A DNA stretch of 64,000 nucleotides, the filler included, from Porpidia crustulata (Eukaryota): the NCBI GenBank assembly GCA_964255105.1. It is 3 parts of 3 records of this genome, joined end to end, with 100 filler letters (N's around TTAATTAATTAA, not from the genome) between each part and the next. Parts side by side here need not be neighbours in the genome. Positions count along the whole stretch, not along the records: positions 22,413 to 44,716 come from CAXUWE010000090.1; 2 more parts are not named here. One strand, given 5' to 3'. Made by a program: the position numbers and the translations under genes. The notes under the pieces are model-generated. The model was given only the letters and a program-made list of their open reading frames with translations. It was not told the origin of the DNA and ran no database searches. Every line of letters begins with the position of its first letter. Position 1 is the stretch's first letter. Positions 27,587-39,430 of this stretch are shown one piece after another.

Positions 27587-28751
27587 TATCATGGGGCAAT
27601 TCATTTTGTTACACCTTGGCCATCGTCTCATCAACAAGCCACTTGACGCATCGTCAATGAGCAAACTAATCCAACGAGATCCTTGATCCTGTCTCATTGC
27701 TCTAGATTGTGATGCTCGACTTCTCCGCATTCGCCCCGCAGTCGGCAACGAAGCGTATGCCCATGGAGAGACTGCGCGCTGTAAATGTATGGATTGCGGT
27801 GGGGAGGGTGAAGTACTAGGCCTGGTATCAGATACCTGAACGACAGCATCTTACTTTCAGAGCATGCAGATCCTCCGGCTGTCATATTGAACCGGCGGGA
27901 GCTACGCATTAGAAAGCTGCAACCGTTTATTGAGCTTCTTTTTGCAGTGCGCACAAAACCAGGTTGGGAAAAATGGTGAAGTTGGATACCCCGCTTCTAC
28001 ATGTTCGAATTCCTATCAAAGACCATCGGGTTCGAAAGCAACTGAAACAGAAGTTTAAGACCCGCATGACGCACGGAGATACTTGGTTTCGAGATGAAAA
28101 ACAGCAAGGAACACGGCGACGTACAACAATGACCATGAAATCCAACTCAACAAAAGGGACACAGCTTAATGAGATAATCCAGGTCAAAGACTGTTTTTTG
28201 CTGTTACATGGGACATTCAATTGTCGGAAGACGGACGACTAGCAACGGGACGAAACTAAGCGAATTGCGGGGACGGAAAGCTGGAAGCAGGCAAAGACTA
28301 GGCAAGGTACTATATAGCAGGTACTCAATACGTTCATCTTCGATCCACCTCCAATACACGATAGCGAACTGAAGGCCTATTAGTCCGAATAAGACTAGGA
28401 GATGAGGAGTGAGAGTAAATGTCGCCGACACATTGGCCAATGGTCAATTCACGCAATCGGCCATGACGGACAATGAAATTATTTTGTCTCTCGATCGATG
28501 TGCAGGTAGATTTTAGCACAGCCTTCGAGTGATAGCTTGTTGGTTGAGGCGTTTCTTCGGCGGTATCAGAAGCTCGGCTTGCAAACCCGGTGTCCTTGCA
28601 TGTCAAGTCCGAAAGACTTACTGACAGACCATGGCGGGCTTCCTTGTTGAAGACATGGCGCATTAGTGAATCCATATAGCAAGCATTGCTCAACTTGGCA
28701 AAGTCTCTTGAGTACTGTTGCTCTTGTGGAAATTGTCAATCCTTACTCAAC

Positions 28752-29891
28752 CTAGAGCCTACTCCTCACAATCGCCGAGACGCTATCAAAAAGATCGCCG
28801 CTCTCGGATTTGGTAGCTAATTGTGCAATCTTCGGGACCTGGTCTTCTCCAACTTCATAGTCTGCAAGACTACTCTCCAGCCCAATCTTTTTCACCAGGA
28901 GTTCAATACCGTCGGCGAACTTCTTGGCATCCTCTTTATCGTTTCCACTTCTCTTCTGTCCAATGGAAGATAGGGCCCTTGCAAGGCTTGCTGCGTATTC
29001 AGGCGTGTTTGCTTTGAGCTCGACGACCTTCGACAGCGTCAAGCATGAGGTGATTCCATGAGGAATACCATAAGGAGAGCCAAGCGCGTAGCCTATACTG
29101 TGGCTCAGCCCCAATCCACCATGAATATTCTGTCCAATAGGATAAAGTGAACTGAAAGCCGCTAGTTGTAGCCTCGTGATGGTATCTTCATTTTTAGGGT
29201 CGGACTTCGATTTTGGGAGATACTCGAACAAGTCAGAGATGGCGTTCAGGGCCATTTGTTTGGCAGGGATCTCAGCCGCCGTCGGATGGTATTGCATCTC
29301 CACTGCATGATCTAGCGCCCTTATACCCGTTGATATCCAAAGCTTTTGCGGGGTTTCTACCGCGAATTTCGCATCGTAGAATATGATGTGTGGTGCCAGC
29401 TCTGGATCGCCAACAGAGACCTTCGTTCCCTCCTTGTTGGTGTATCCTGCAAAGAATGTGCACTCTGCAGCGCTCAGAGTTGTTGGAACAGTGATGTGAT
29501 GTAGGAATCTCCCGGTCTGCTCGTGCAGCCGGTAAGAGATGGCTTTGGCAGAGTCTATAGGACTTCCGCCACCGATACTTATCAATGTATCAATAGTAGA
29601 GTCCTTCCCCACAGCATCTGTCGCCTCATCCATTTGAGCGATAGGAGCATGCTGCTTGATATTGGAAAAGGTTCCAGCATGGTGTTGCATGCCTAGTAGC
29701 TCCTCGACTTGGTTGATAAGGGAGGTTTTGGTTGCAAGGGATGAGCCTGTGATGATGAAGGCTTTGGAATTTGGAGATGGGAGGCACTCAAGGAGGTGAG
29801 ATTTGACTGAGGAAGGCCCATAATACAGGCGCTGGAGTCTGGTTGGCTTCCATAGTCCTGAGAGAGGGTGCTCCATTGTGGGTTGGCTCAT
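28752..29891 (-). CDS. Iron-containing alcohol dehydrogenase family (maleylacetate-reductase-like), intronless
   Basis: GGGSPID, VPTTLSAAE; metal-ligand motifs ALDHAVE, LSHSIG, PHG. Confidence 0.9.
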   Translation of the reverse strand: MSQPTMEHPLSGLWKPTRLQRLYYGPSSVKSHLLECLPSPNSKAFIITGSSLATKTSLINQVEELLGMQHHAGTFSNIKQHAPIAQMDEATDAVGKDSTIDTLISIGGGSPIDSAKAISYRLHEQTGRFLHHITVPTTLSAAECTFFAGYTNKEGTKVSVGDPELAPHIIFYDAKFAVETPQKLWISTGIRALDHAVEMQYHPTAAEIPAKQMALNAISDLFEYLPKSKSDPKNEDTITRLQLAAFSSLYPIGQNIHGGLGLSHSIGYALGSPYGIPHGITSCLTLSKVVELKANTPEYAASLARALSSIGQKRSGNDKEDAKKFADGIELLVKKIGLESSLADYEVGEDQVPKIAQLATKSESGDLFDSVSAIVRSRL

Positions 29892-32800
29892 TCTGTACCA
29901 CCTACTTCAAGTAGCATAACCTAGGAACTCGCAAAGTTTGGAATAGCCTTCAACGTCGTTGGTTCATGCTGTCATAAGCCGGAGGACCTTGTTCACATGA
30001 AGACCAAGCCAATTATTACATGCTGGCATGCCGTATGACGTAATCCTTCAAAACTGCATTAGCGTTCGCCATGTCAGAAACTCCCTTAAGAATAAAGGCC
30101 ATAGTTGGAGGAAAGACTACAGACGGTGCTTTATACTTCCTAATACAACTCCCAACAATGGTATATTGATGATTCACGCGAGATCAGGTTCTGTCAATGG
30201 CGCTTGTAGCGTTCGCGTTCTTCTAAGCGCGCGGACATAGCTACGGCCATAATTAGTCAAGTTAGCTGGGACAACAGCAGTCACAGTGGATCACCTTCCA
30301 CGCGACAGAGGCTTAGGACGTCTGCTGACTTTCTTTAGTAGTTATAGTCGGGTAGCAGTAGACTGATGAGAAGATTCAGTAAAACCGTCCCAAATTCGAC
30401 CAAGAAGCATCTCTGTTTCTTTGCCCCTCTCCTGCACTCGTCCTTAGTGGTGCTCACCATGTTTCGTGAGGCTATAGTAAACCCTGACTGTCGAATTGCT
30501 CTTGTCAAGGTCTTTTGATGTCTCTGTCTTGTCTCGGTTCGGGTCGCAGCAGTTTGCAAATGAGCAACACTACTGCAAAGTTCCTTCGTAGTTGAATATC
30601 CAACAACTCGTACGAAGGGTTTTGCTCTTTGATCATGTCTTGAATCCCCAGCATCTCGTGGAAGTGTTATTCGTCGCGAACTGACTCAGTAAATCTTGTT
30701 CCCTGGCTCAGTTGAGCGATGATCTTCTTTTCCAAAACATGCATAGGTGTGTAATTAGCACACTTACACCCTATGAGTCACCAATACTGCTGGAAATTTG
30801 ATTCCTTATCTTCTGTGCTGGCCTTGTAGATGAAAAGGTTAGTACCCAAGCAAACGAGATTTCGTCGGAACCGAACTTTTTCTCCGCAAGCAATTCCGCA
30901 GAGGCAATCAAGCGTCAATGGCCATAGTCTTCCTCTTTGCTGACACCAGCACTCTCACAATATGTCTACTTTCGCTCATCGTGGGAACGAGAATGCTAGG
31001 GTTCTCTTCCAATCGATTGTTAGCCGCCCATAGCAGAATTGTAAAGTCTTGTATAAGTCTCTGTTGACCGAAGACATATCATCATGGGCAAAGCTGTCAA
31101 GAAGAACGGCGTCGCATCTTACATATCTCATAAGTAAACCGAAGTACAGTGGATAATCTAAGAAGAAGCGAGTCCGCGTAGCATTAAAGGTTGTCTCCAA
31201 ATGCGAGAAGAAGGCCGGCTGTGCATACATTTGCCAAAGACCTGATCACGCTGCTTACGAAACCTCTGGTCTATTCTCCATCTTAGAATATATCGATAGA
31301 AGTGTTCAAACCATCGTATCTGATGCATAACGCTTGAACGTCATTTTCCTCCCAAGAAAGGCGACTCTTGCCATTGCAAGCCCTGATTTTCCACAACCCA
31401 ACAGACCCATAAATCACATACGCTGAATCTTCTGTTACCCATTGTATGCCGTTATATCCCAATTCTTTCATTCTGCAGCTAGAGCCGACTTACAAGCAAG
31501 CAAGCGAGATTTGAGAGCAGTTATAATGATAGGGATGGGCTAGTATTCTAAAGTTGCTCTGTACTTTGCAGGGTACCCAAGCTATATACCTGAAATGGCC
31601 GCATGAAGCCAGGAGCTTAGACCTGAAGGCGGGTACATCCATGAGTGAGTCACGGTTGTCATAGGGAGTTGGCATTGAGGTTTCTTGTGCAGATTGCTTT
31701 GGTGTCGAATCTCCTTAAGAAAAGAAGAGAGGGGCTTCTTCCAACTTGTCATAAAGAGTTAATGGACAAAAAGCAGAGATAAGGGAGGATGAAGAACAGT
31801 CTCCAATGATATTTTACAGTAGTATTGTATGTAAAGCACTCCCCCACAAGCTATGCACCTATAAATCAAATGCGTACACTATGCGGAGTTTCCATATTGA
31901 ACAAAGACGGGCGATAACCACACCTTAATCATTTCTGTTGACTGTGCTCTTCATTCGTCCTGCACAGACAGCGAGTCTTGTGGCTTCTATCCAACCTGCT
32001 AGGCATAACACATCGTTATTCCATGCGACCTCCCTTTTGCCGCCCAAGCTATAGTTGGAGAAACCAATCATTGGATTCTCCTAACGGCTTTCAGATAGGC
32101 CGTCCAACTTTCAAGCCTCGATTTGCGGCCATGGCTCTCTTCCCTCTTTATAGTCAATTGAGGTGTTGGTCTTGACCTATACCAAAGGCTGTGGAAGCTT
32201 TCGTCTGCAGGATCCTCAGTCAACGATATTTTGATTTCTAAGCTTCCCTGGGCCTTAGTCCAAGACCGTGTACTGCGAAAAGTGCGGGCAGTGAAACCCC
32301 TGCTGGTCGTCGTTACCCTAGTCAGGGTGGACCGGCCCACTCCAGCAAATTATATATAGTATGCAAAGTACATAAAGTAGATCTGGTCTCGCTGGCAAAG
32401 TAGCTTCCCAAATCCCGATTCGCGGGCCTGGTAGACTTACTACAAACTCAGTATTATAATGAAACGTAGCGGCGTACCAAGATCGTCATCACCCTGACAG
32501 GCCTAGAGGCTCTTAAAGGACAGTAGATCGAGAGTGGATTGTATTCCAACTTCGGAATCGCTCTGAAAGTCGGGGCTCTGGCATCTTAGGGACCTTAGAT
32601 TAGCTTCCCAATTGTTTAAGCTCAATCTCTTGCTGTTCATAGGTCTTATTGAGACCATCTAAAACTACCTAAAACTGGGTCAGCAAGGAAACGCCAACAG
32701 TGATCAGGCCGTGATGATAATTCTTCACCGATGGGGATATGTAGAGCCTCACCTGTAGAAAATATTTCCATCTGGGAAGTTGGTCAAAGATCTTGGCCAC

Positions 32801-33353
32801 ACGCCATAGAGAATATACCAGTCAATCATGGCAGAAGTCGAGCTCGGAGGCTGGCGTTCTGGTAATGGTGATACATTAGAAACTGACGGTGGCCTCCTCT
32901 TGGCGTTTTCCCCCGCCGAGTGGGAATAAAGGAGAGTAGCTCGTCATGTGGGTGGCCGTCATACAAAGGGTCAGGTAAAGATCATTGAAGGTAAAGCAAA
33001 CAACGACCGGAAGGGATTGTATTTGTACCGTTTCGCCGGGATCCATACAGCCTGATTGGTGCATAGTATTGTAATCCGTGCGTTGTCCCATATTGTGAAT
33101 TATTGATTGTAATGATCCTCGCTAGCTTTGTGATTTGGCAAAAATCTCCTCCGGCTTTCCTTCATAAACACTACAACACTATTTGTCCTTTTCTATGCTC
33201 ACGTTGTGCACAAAGCCTCATTCTCCGCTATCTTGAGTACGTATAGCTGTGATCTAGCTCTTGATCGAAGACCTTTTCTCACCCAGTGCTTGTCATTCAG
33301 CGTTCAAGAAAGTATGTTACCACATCTCAGAGTCAAAAACCAAAGCTTGTGTT

Positions 33354-33418
33354 CACAGGATCACCCTGAGGCTCATCAGTAACAAAGCACAGGATCACCC
33401 TGAAGCTCATTAGTAACA
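33354..33418. repeat. 34-bp tandem duplication
   Basis: CACAGGATCACCCTGARGCTCATYAGTAACA at 33354 and 33388. Confidence 0.85.
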
Positions 33419-33583
33419 GAGAAGATCCCATCCACAGCCAACTCCTCTTCTAATCTGCCACTGACAGCTCTTCTGTCGCTGCGTGAGTGTACGTACTTTG
33501 ACCTCCTGAATCTCAAGCTGCAACGCAACAACACCACCAGATCATACCACCTCGATCCATCCTGTTAGTCCCCATCTCATACC

Positions 33584-33608
33584 ATATATATATATATATA
33601 TATATATA
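33584..33608. repeat. (TA)n microsatellite
   Basis: Uninterrupted AT dinucleotide run; a shorter one lies at about 35465-35480. Confidence 0.9.
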
Positions 33609-33781
33609 CGCACTGATAAGGAAACTGTTAGTCCTCCACAGATGTGGGCCATAGCACTCTAGATTCAATCCAAACGATCTCAATCTTGTCCAGTCTTGGC
33701 TTGTTGACCGGAGAATCATTTTTGCTCTGTTGCCATTGGCGTGCATTCTATTACATCCATCCCTCACCTACCAAAGCTAGC

Positions 33782-34535
33782 ATGCCTGTAGGGAAGGGTG
33801 ACTGGGGTAATATTCTGGAAGACATCGCTGAAATGTCGGAGCCGAGTGATCGTGAAGACCAGCAGGCGGATAGTCCTGTAAGTACCTCCATCCTTTGCTG
33901 TGAATATGCCACATTCCTCCATGTGAGATTTACCGATGCGGGCCCAGCTGACTTGGATGGAAGATCAACTACGACGATATACGCCAACCACCTGGGGCTT
34001 GGACGGAGAACAATTCGCCACCACAACCAAAGGCAAATAAGGGCAAAGGTAGAGCAACTGCAACCGAAGATGTCGAGGACAGCGACAGCTTTGATGACCC
34101 CGATATACTCCAGCGCCATCCAGAAAAGGGAAAGCATCGGGCCACGTCGGACAAAGAGGATAAATTCGATTATACCGCCCCTGGAAATCTGGCCCACGAA
34201 GAAGCACTGCCGCCAGACTTGGATGCCCTTCCAGAAAAGCTTCAGGCGTACGCTGAAATGCAGATGAGAATGGGAGTCGAGGAAGCGTGGACTCGAAAAC
34301 GGAAGCCAGCAAGTAGTGACGAAGAAGATAGTGACGACGAAAGTGACGACGACCTTGAGTTGTATAAGATCCGGGAGCAGGTGAAACGACAGGAAGCGGA
34401 TGATCTCGCGCAGGCAATTCAGAACAGCCTGCATGACTTGGACGATCCGGCTCCAGGAGCTTCTAGTAAGCTGTGCCCATGGTGGACCGTAGCTAGCCAA
34501 GCCGTGCACTAACGATTTTGGATCCAGGTACCTAA
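33782..34535 (+). CDS. Acidic, likely disordered orphan protein with a UIM-like motif, 3 exons
   Basis: ATG 33782; introns GTAAGT...GCTGAC...AAG (about 33878-33963) and GTAAGC...ACTAAC...CAG (about 34476-34527) keep the frame open. Contains KGKGRA/KGKHRA motifs, an RKRK NLS-like stretch and EADDLAQAIQNSLHD. Confidence 0.65.
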
Positions 34536-37500
34536 CGTTCCCAACACCCCCCGTTGGGACGAACCTTTCTCTAAAGTCTTTTCGCCAGTACGGAAAACCC
34601 CCCGGAGGACGCAGCGGGCCGGACGATACTGGAATGCCTGGCCATATCGAAGGGGAACATTTTGATTGGGCGTGATTGGACACCTGCCTCGTGGCAGATT
34701 AGGCACAAACACATAGTATCTAAGAGCAAGATACGGTTCGTACTCGTTTTGGAATCTTGGCTGTCGCAAGTTGTACACATCAATCATTTGATGTTTCCAC
34801 TATTTCTGTCTCCTCGGCCATGGCGCCAGAAAATTATATTTTCCACAGTTCGGTAGATAGCAGCTACCGCTGAACTTACTGACGTGAAAGAACAGAGTAT
34901 CTTGCAGATGAACCGTAGGTTCCAATGGCTTATCCCTTTGCTTGAGATTTGGGTCCTAAGCAAGACGTAAAACTGCTTGTGACCTTGGGCAAATCTCACC
35001 AAAGCCGGGATGAGAGTGTGCAACGGCGTTCAATATAGGACCTCGAAGCATACGGCCAGCTTGTTACACGGAAGCAACTTCCTCATTCGCAGAGCCTGTA
35101 CCTCCCAGCCAGAACAATGATAAATCAACTAACTCGGAATTTCCTTCAATACGGTAGTTAGCCAGCATGACTCCTGACCTAACGCATGCTTTTATGGTAC
35201 TTCTTCCAAGCTTAGTAGAACATTGCTGACTTCCAGGTAGTCCGAACAGCCATAGACTTGCCGCAAGTCGAATCTAGCGTCCGTACAATCTCTTTCCTCC
35301 ATGCCAGCGTTGCTGTAGCAAGTCTTGAAGATTCTGCCACCGATTCTAGACAGTATCGAGTAAAGAGCTTTTTGTCACTGCTCGATGCTCTGGAGCCACT
35401 TATATGACTTTGCAACCTAGATTCGAATCAGTCATTCATGACTTTGTTGCCAGAAGCTGCATATTATATATATATATATAGAGAGAGCTATTGTATCATA
35501 GCCAGACTCATCATGAGTCCCCATATCCGCATTCCAAGTGGATGATATCCGACGCCTGAGCACGGATCGGTCTAGCGTTGTTGGGATAGCGGAGTTTGGT
35601 GGGATGCCTCCGAGAATGCTCGTCGACGATATGCGCATCGACGGCTAGTGGAACCACTCTGCGACTATTATCAGTGGATGACGTTAGTCTGGGTGTCGCT
35701 CCACGATAGTTCTTTACTCTCCAAGACTTGGTCAGTTTTTCGAAGCGTTTCACAAGTCTTAGAAGGTCGCTTACCATCCCAGGACCAACCTTTGCTAACG
35801 CCGGAAAAGACTCGAGCACTCATTTAGTCTTCTTCGCATATATTCCATAATCTGGAGTTGGATTGTTCCAGAAGGGGGCAGCGAATGGTACTCTGTCCAA
35901 AGTCATCGAGTACACATCAGTGTGCATTGGACCAATGTGAGGCTATTTGGCCTTTCTCGTCAAAAACAATTGAGTCTGCTCGGCTTCTGTTACCATACAA
36001 CATCTCCTTCCGAGCTCAACGACCGTCACCTCACTAACCTGACGTCAGCATAGAATCATCCTTGCTCTTGGGTGGACGCAGTATATAGAGTCGATAACCG
36101 TTGATGAGCATTCTGAGATGAGCTCGAAATCTCTAGATGGGACCGCGTGCGACGAGAGTGCAGACCAGTGTTATAATCCCACAAGCGGGGCGGTTATATG
36201 GAAGCAGCCAGCAGAGACACTGGCTGTATAGGCTCGCGCGGTTTTATCAAGGTTGGCAAAGAACTCGCTCCACCGACCGTATGTCTTCCCGCTCTGGAGA
36301 CTCCGCATAACTTTCGATCTTCTCGTCCAAGACATCCGTTTTCTTTTCCCATCAATATGCTTACACTTTTTGCAGGTACTGTAGTCTGACTGATGAGATG
36401 AGCCTGAATAAAGGATACTCAGCATTTGCAGCTACATACGCTGAACTACCAACAAAGTGCTGAACTTGGACTGGCGCCTCTGCGGCGTCCACGGTCGATA
36501 TTTCAAGTTCTCTAGTGGACGTGGTTTCGACGTCGTGGATTTCCTTTTTACGTTCCTTGTTATGACTACTCGCTCCTTTCCTAGTAAAGATCTGTCAGAA
36601 GCATTGTACCCGGTAATGATCAAGCGATTCCCGGCCTAGGCGCTTCAAGCCCGGATCGAAGCTGCTTAGTATGTTGGTGCCATGGCATATCAATCAGCTA
36701 GTACATCGTCGTTGAACTTGCAAATATAGAGGGATCTCAAATCCCGACAGTGACATTCGAAGCATAACCGGGACTTGAGAAGGAGCCATTAAGCGTTCAA
36801 GCCTAGCAATGGTGCAGGTGTCTTCCAAACCGGTCAGAAACATCTAGTGGATTCCCAGAGGCTAGGATCATGATGCGTCGTTGACAGATCCGAAGGCTCC
36901 CAATCGTCTTAGTATCCTCCACAACAGACTGGGTGTGTACAACCCATCATCACGAGTTGATTGCGGTTCCGTCCAGAAGGAGCTGGAAGTTGGTAACATG
37001 GCCTACAAAGTCCTGAGCGAAGTCTTCCTTGACTACCCAAAGGAACACCGTACCTCCCCGAGGAGCTAAGGTATGGAAACCATATCCCGCGACCGGCGAG
37101 CTCGTTGAGACTTGGCCCATCTATGTGTGAAAGAGCTGGATGGATTTGCGACGATGACACAAGATAGCGATAGTCAAGTGGATAGCCTGGACCAGAGAGA
37201 AATTCGAACAGATTTTGACAAGAGCAGAGAGTTTCTTTCTCCTCTATTGCAATTTCGCATCGCCAGCAGCCACCAGATAATTAGCAACCCGGGTCGCGAA
37301 CTCAATCAGGAGATGGATCGCCTCATACAGAAGAAGATGAAAGATGCAGGAAGCGCAAGGGTCGAAATTGGCGTTTGCCTTGTTCTACCAAGACCAGACT
37401 GAGAAATAATCAATGCTCCATCAACGGATGAAGATGAAGTACAGCTCTTCCGAACTGTAACTCTTAAGCGTTGATACGCTTGCATACTGGCAACTTGTCA

Positions 37501-37850
37501 TCAACGCAGCGTTTCTGTGGATGACACGACTCGTTAGCTCCATGAAAACCTTCACCAAGCTTTCCTGACTTCAGAACAAAAAGTCAGACAGTCCAAGGAA
37601 GGCTCATCTATAGTCTGCCTTGTCAAACAATTACACGCAGATGGGAGCTCAGGTCTTACTTTCTCAGACCGTCAGCTGCTGTTCCGCCCGGCCAACGCAC
37701 GAATAACAGATTTATGAAACCTCCCAAGACGATCTTGAATTCAATGTGGTTTAGTTCTTGCAGCGCTTCTTGACTTTGGTTTGCCATCATTGCCTACCTG
37801 ACTCGACCAGTCAGAAGCACCGACGACTTTCAGCATCGATCTGGCAAACA

Positions 37851-38005
37851 GTCTGGAGGCAGGAAGCTCCAAAGGAAGTCGGATCAAATACCGTCACGAT
37901 CTTATCCCCATGCAGAATTCCAATCCAGCAAGTGGTCTGGAGGCATGAAGACCCAAAAGAAGACTGACCAAATATCGTCACAATCCCATCCCCGTGCGGA
38001 ATTCT
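37851..38005. repeat. Diverged 84-bp tandem duplication
   Basis: GTCTGGAGGCA.GAAG..CCAAA.GAAG...CAAATA.CGTCAC.ATC..ATCCCC.TGC.GAATTC starts at 37851 and 37935. Confidence 0.85.
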
Positions 38006-38199
38006 CTCCAAATTAGCTCGATGAGGCATCCAGCAATCAGATCGAAAGATGTCCTTAAGAGCGAGCAGAACTCTAAAAACTTAGCATGGTCCATCTCTCT
38101 TGACGCTGAGACGTCAAACATCACGTCGATTAGACCTTGTCGAAGAATTGCTGCCCGGGCTTGCAAGCACAGTATATGGGACTTGCCCTCAGGTAGCAG

Positions 38200-38840
38200 G
38201 GACAATCACCCTGGTAGTCGCTCTTCCGAAGTATATATAAGGACGTCGACTATGCTGTTGTCAATTGCAGAAGCTTGGTCTTAGGACGCCAATTGCCCAG
38301 CGGTGAATGGTATGAAGCTGCCACAAGGACAGTCATCCTGATGGTAAATATCCTGGAGCTACGGTCCAGGGTGCCGATTACCCGGGTGGTAATCGGCTGG
38401 AAGCTTTGTCCTTGGACACCGGTTACCCTGGCGGTAGCCGGCTGGAAGCTTTGTCCTTGAACACTGGTTACCCTGGCGGTAATCGGCTGGAAGATTTGTC
38501 TTTGGACATCGGTTACCCTGGGGGAACCGGCACGAAGCTTTGACGAGGAGGACAGTCATCCTGGTGGTAGCGGTCTTGGAGCTGCGGCCCAGGACATCGA
38601 TTACCCCGGTGGTAATCGCTTTGTCGAGATCACCGGCATTGTCAATATCATCATTGACATAATCGTCTTGATATTGCCTATACCCAAGTGCCCTGGTGGC
38701 AATTGCCATGAAGCTTTGTCGGAGGGCGCTGATTACCCTGGTGGTGATTGGTACAAAACGGCTCCAAGATGGCCAGTACCCTGGTGGTACTTGGCCTGAA
38801 GCTTTACACGGGGCCAATCACCCTGGTGGTGATTAGCTGG
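38200..38840 (+). repeat. Array of ~42-45-bp units, each with a hairpin carrying a CNGGN pentaloop
   Basis: Loops at 38383, 38428, 38473, 38518, 38561, 38606, 38693, 38738, 38781, 38823, plus degenerate units near 38211-38342. Consensus CCGATTACC-CTGGT-GGTAATCGG-CTGGAAGCTTTGTC. Confidence 0.9.
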
Positions 38841-38872
38841 AGGGTTTATGGAGAAGCTAATCGTGATCCAAT

Positions 38873-38931
38873 CCACCACTGCAAACCCAGTGGCTGGTGC
38901 TCGACTCCACCACCGCAAACCCAGTGGCTGG
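38873..38931. repeat. Short direct repeat x2
   Basis: CCACCACYGCAAACCCAGTGGCTGG occurs twice, about 34 bp apart. Confidence 0.8.
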
Positions 38932-39146
38932 AATAATGCCTACATATCTCCGCCGTGTGTTGTTGGGATTCAAGCCGTGCCCACTGGGCTCAAGCCCGTT
39001 GTGAAATGGGTGAAAAATCAGAGTTAGAGAGCTGGTTTAGCGGTCTTTGTGGTTCAAAGCACCACTCTTCAGGGCCTTGGTGCCGTCGTTATTCGTGGAA
39101 TCGAGAATACTTTGCATCTAGGAGATGAAAGCGCTCGGATCCTTGG

Positions 39147-39430
39147 GCCGTGAGGTCCCCGGTGTTTATTGGCACTTGTTAGAGGAGCGGTCAAGATCGC
39201 TGTTAGAGGAGCAAACCGCCACAAGCCCACGTGTATCGGTGTGGACCGAGTTTCGGCCTACGCCTTGGGCTACGTCAAGCATAGCTCAGCTCGTATTCTT
39301 AAGCCGTGAGGTCCCAGGTGTCTGTCGACATCCGCCAAAGGAGTCGTCGAGATTATTGTTAACAAAGCAAACAGCTCTATGTCAACACACGGTGTGGGTT
39401 GAGTTCAGCCCACACCGCGCGCTATGCTGA
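39147..39430. repeat. Diverged ~156-bp tandem duplication
   Basis: GCCGTGAGGTCCC.GGTGT...GGAG..GTC.AGAT...TGTTA...AGCAAAC...CGGTGTGG...GAGTT starts at 39147 and 39303. Confidence 0.75.

Noticed and set aside
27995..28040. GTTCGAA motifs resembling tRNA T-loops
   Set aside because: No flanking T-stem, acceptor stem or D-arm.
32180..32600. Local hairpins suggesting a group I intron, ribozyme or RNase P/MRP RNA
   Set aside because: No recognisable P7/R/S, hammerhead core or CR-I/CR-V motifs.
30300..33300. Short ORFs possibly from a decayed gene or large mobile element
   Set aside because: No recognisable domain, recombinase, termini or consistent frame that I can support.
33751..34683. 310-aa minus-strand ORF
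   Set aside because: Antisense shadow of the + strand 3-exon gene, which has canonical splice signals and coherent motifs.
38200..38840. CRISPR-like appearance of the palindromic repeat array
   Set aside because: The inter-hairpin segments are homologous to each other rather than unique spacers, the context is eukaryotic, and there are no cas genes.
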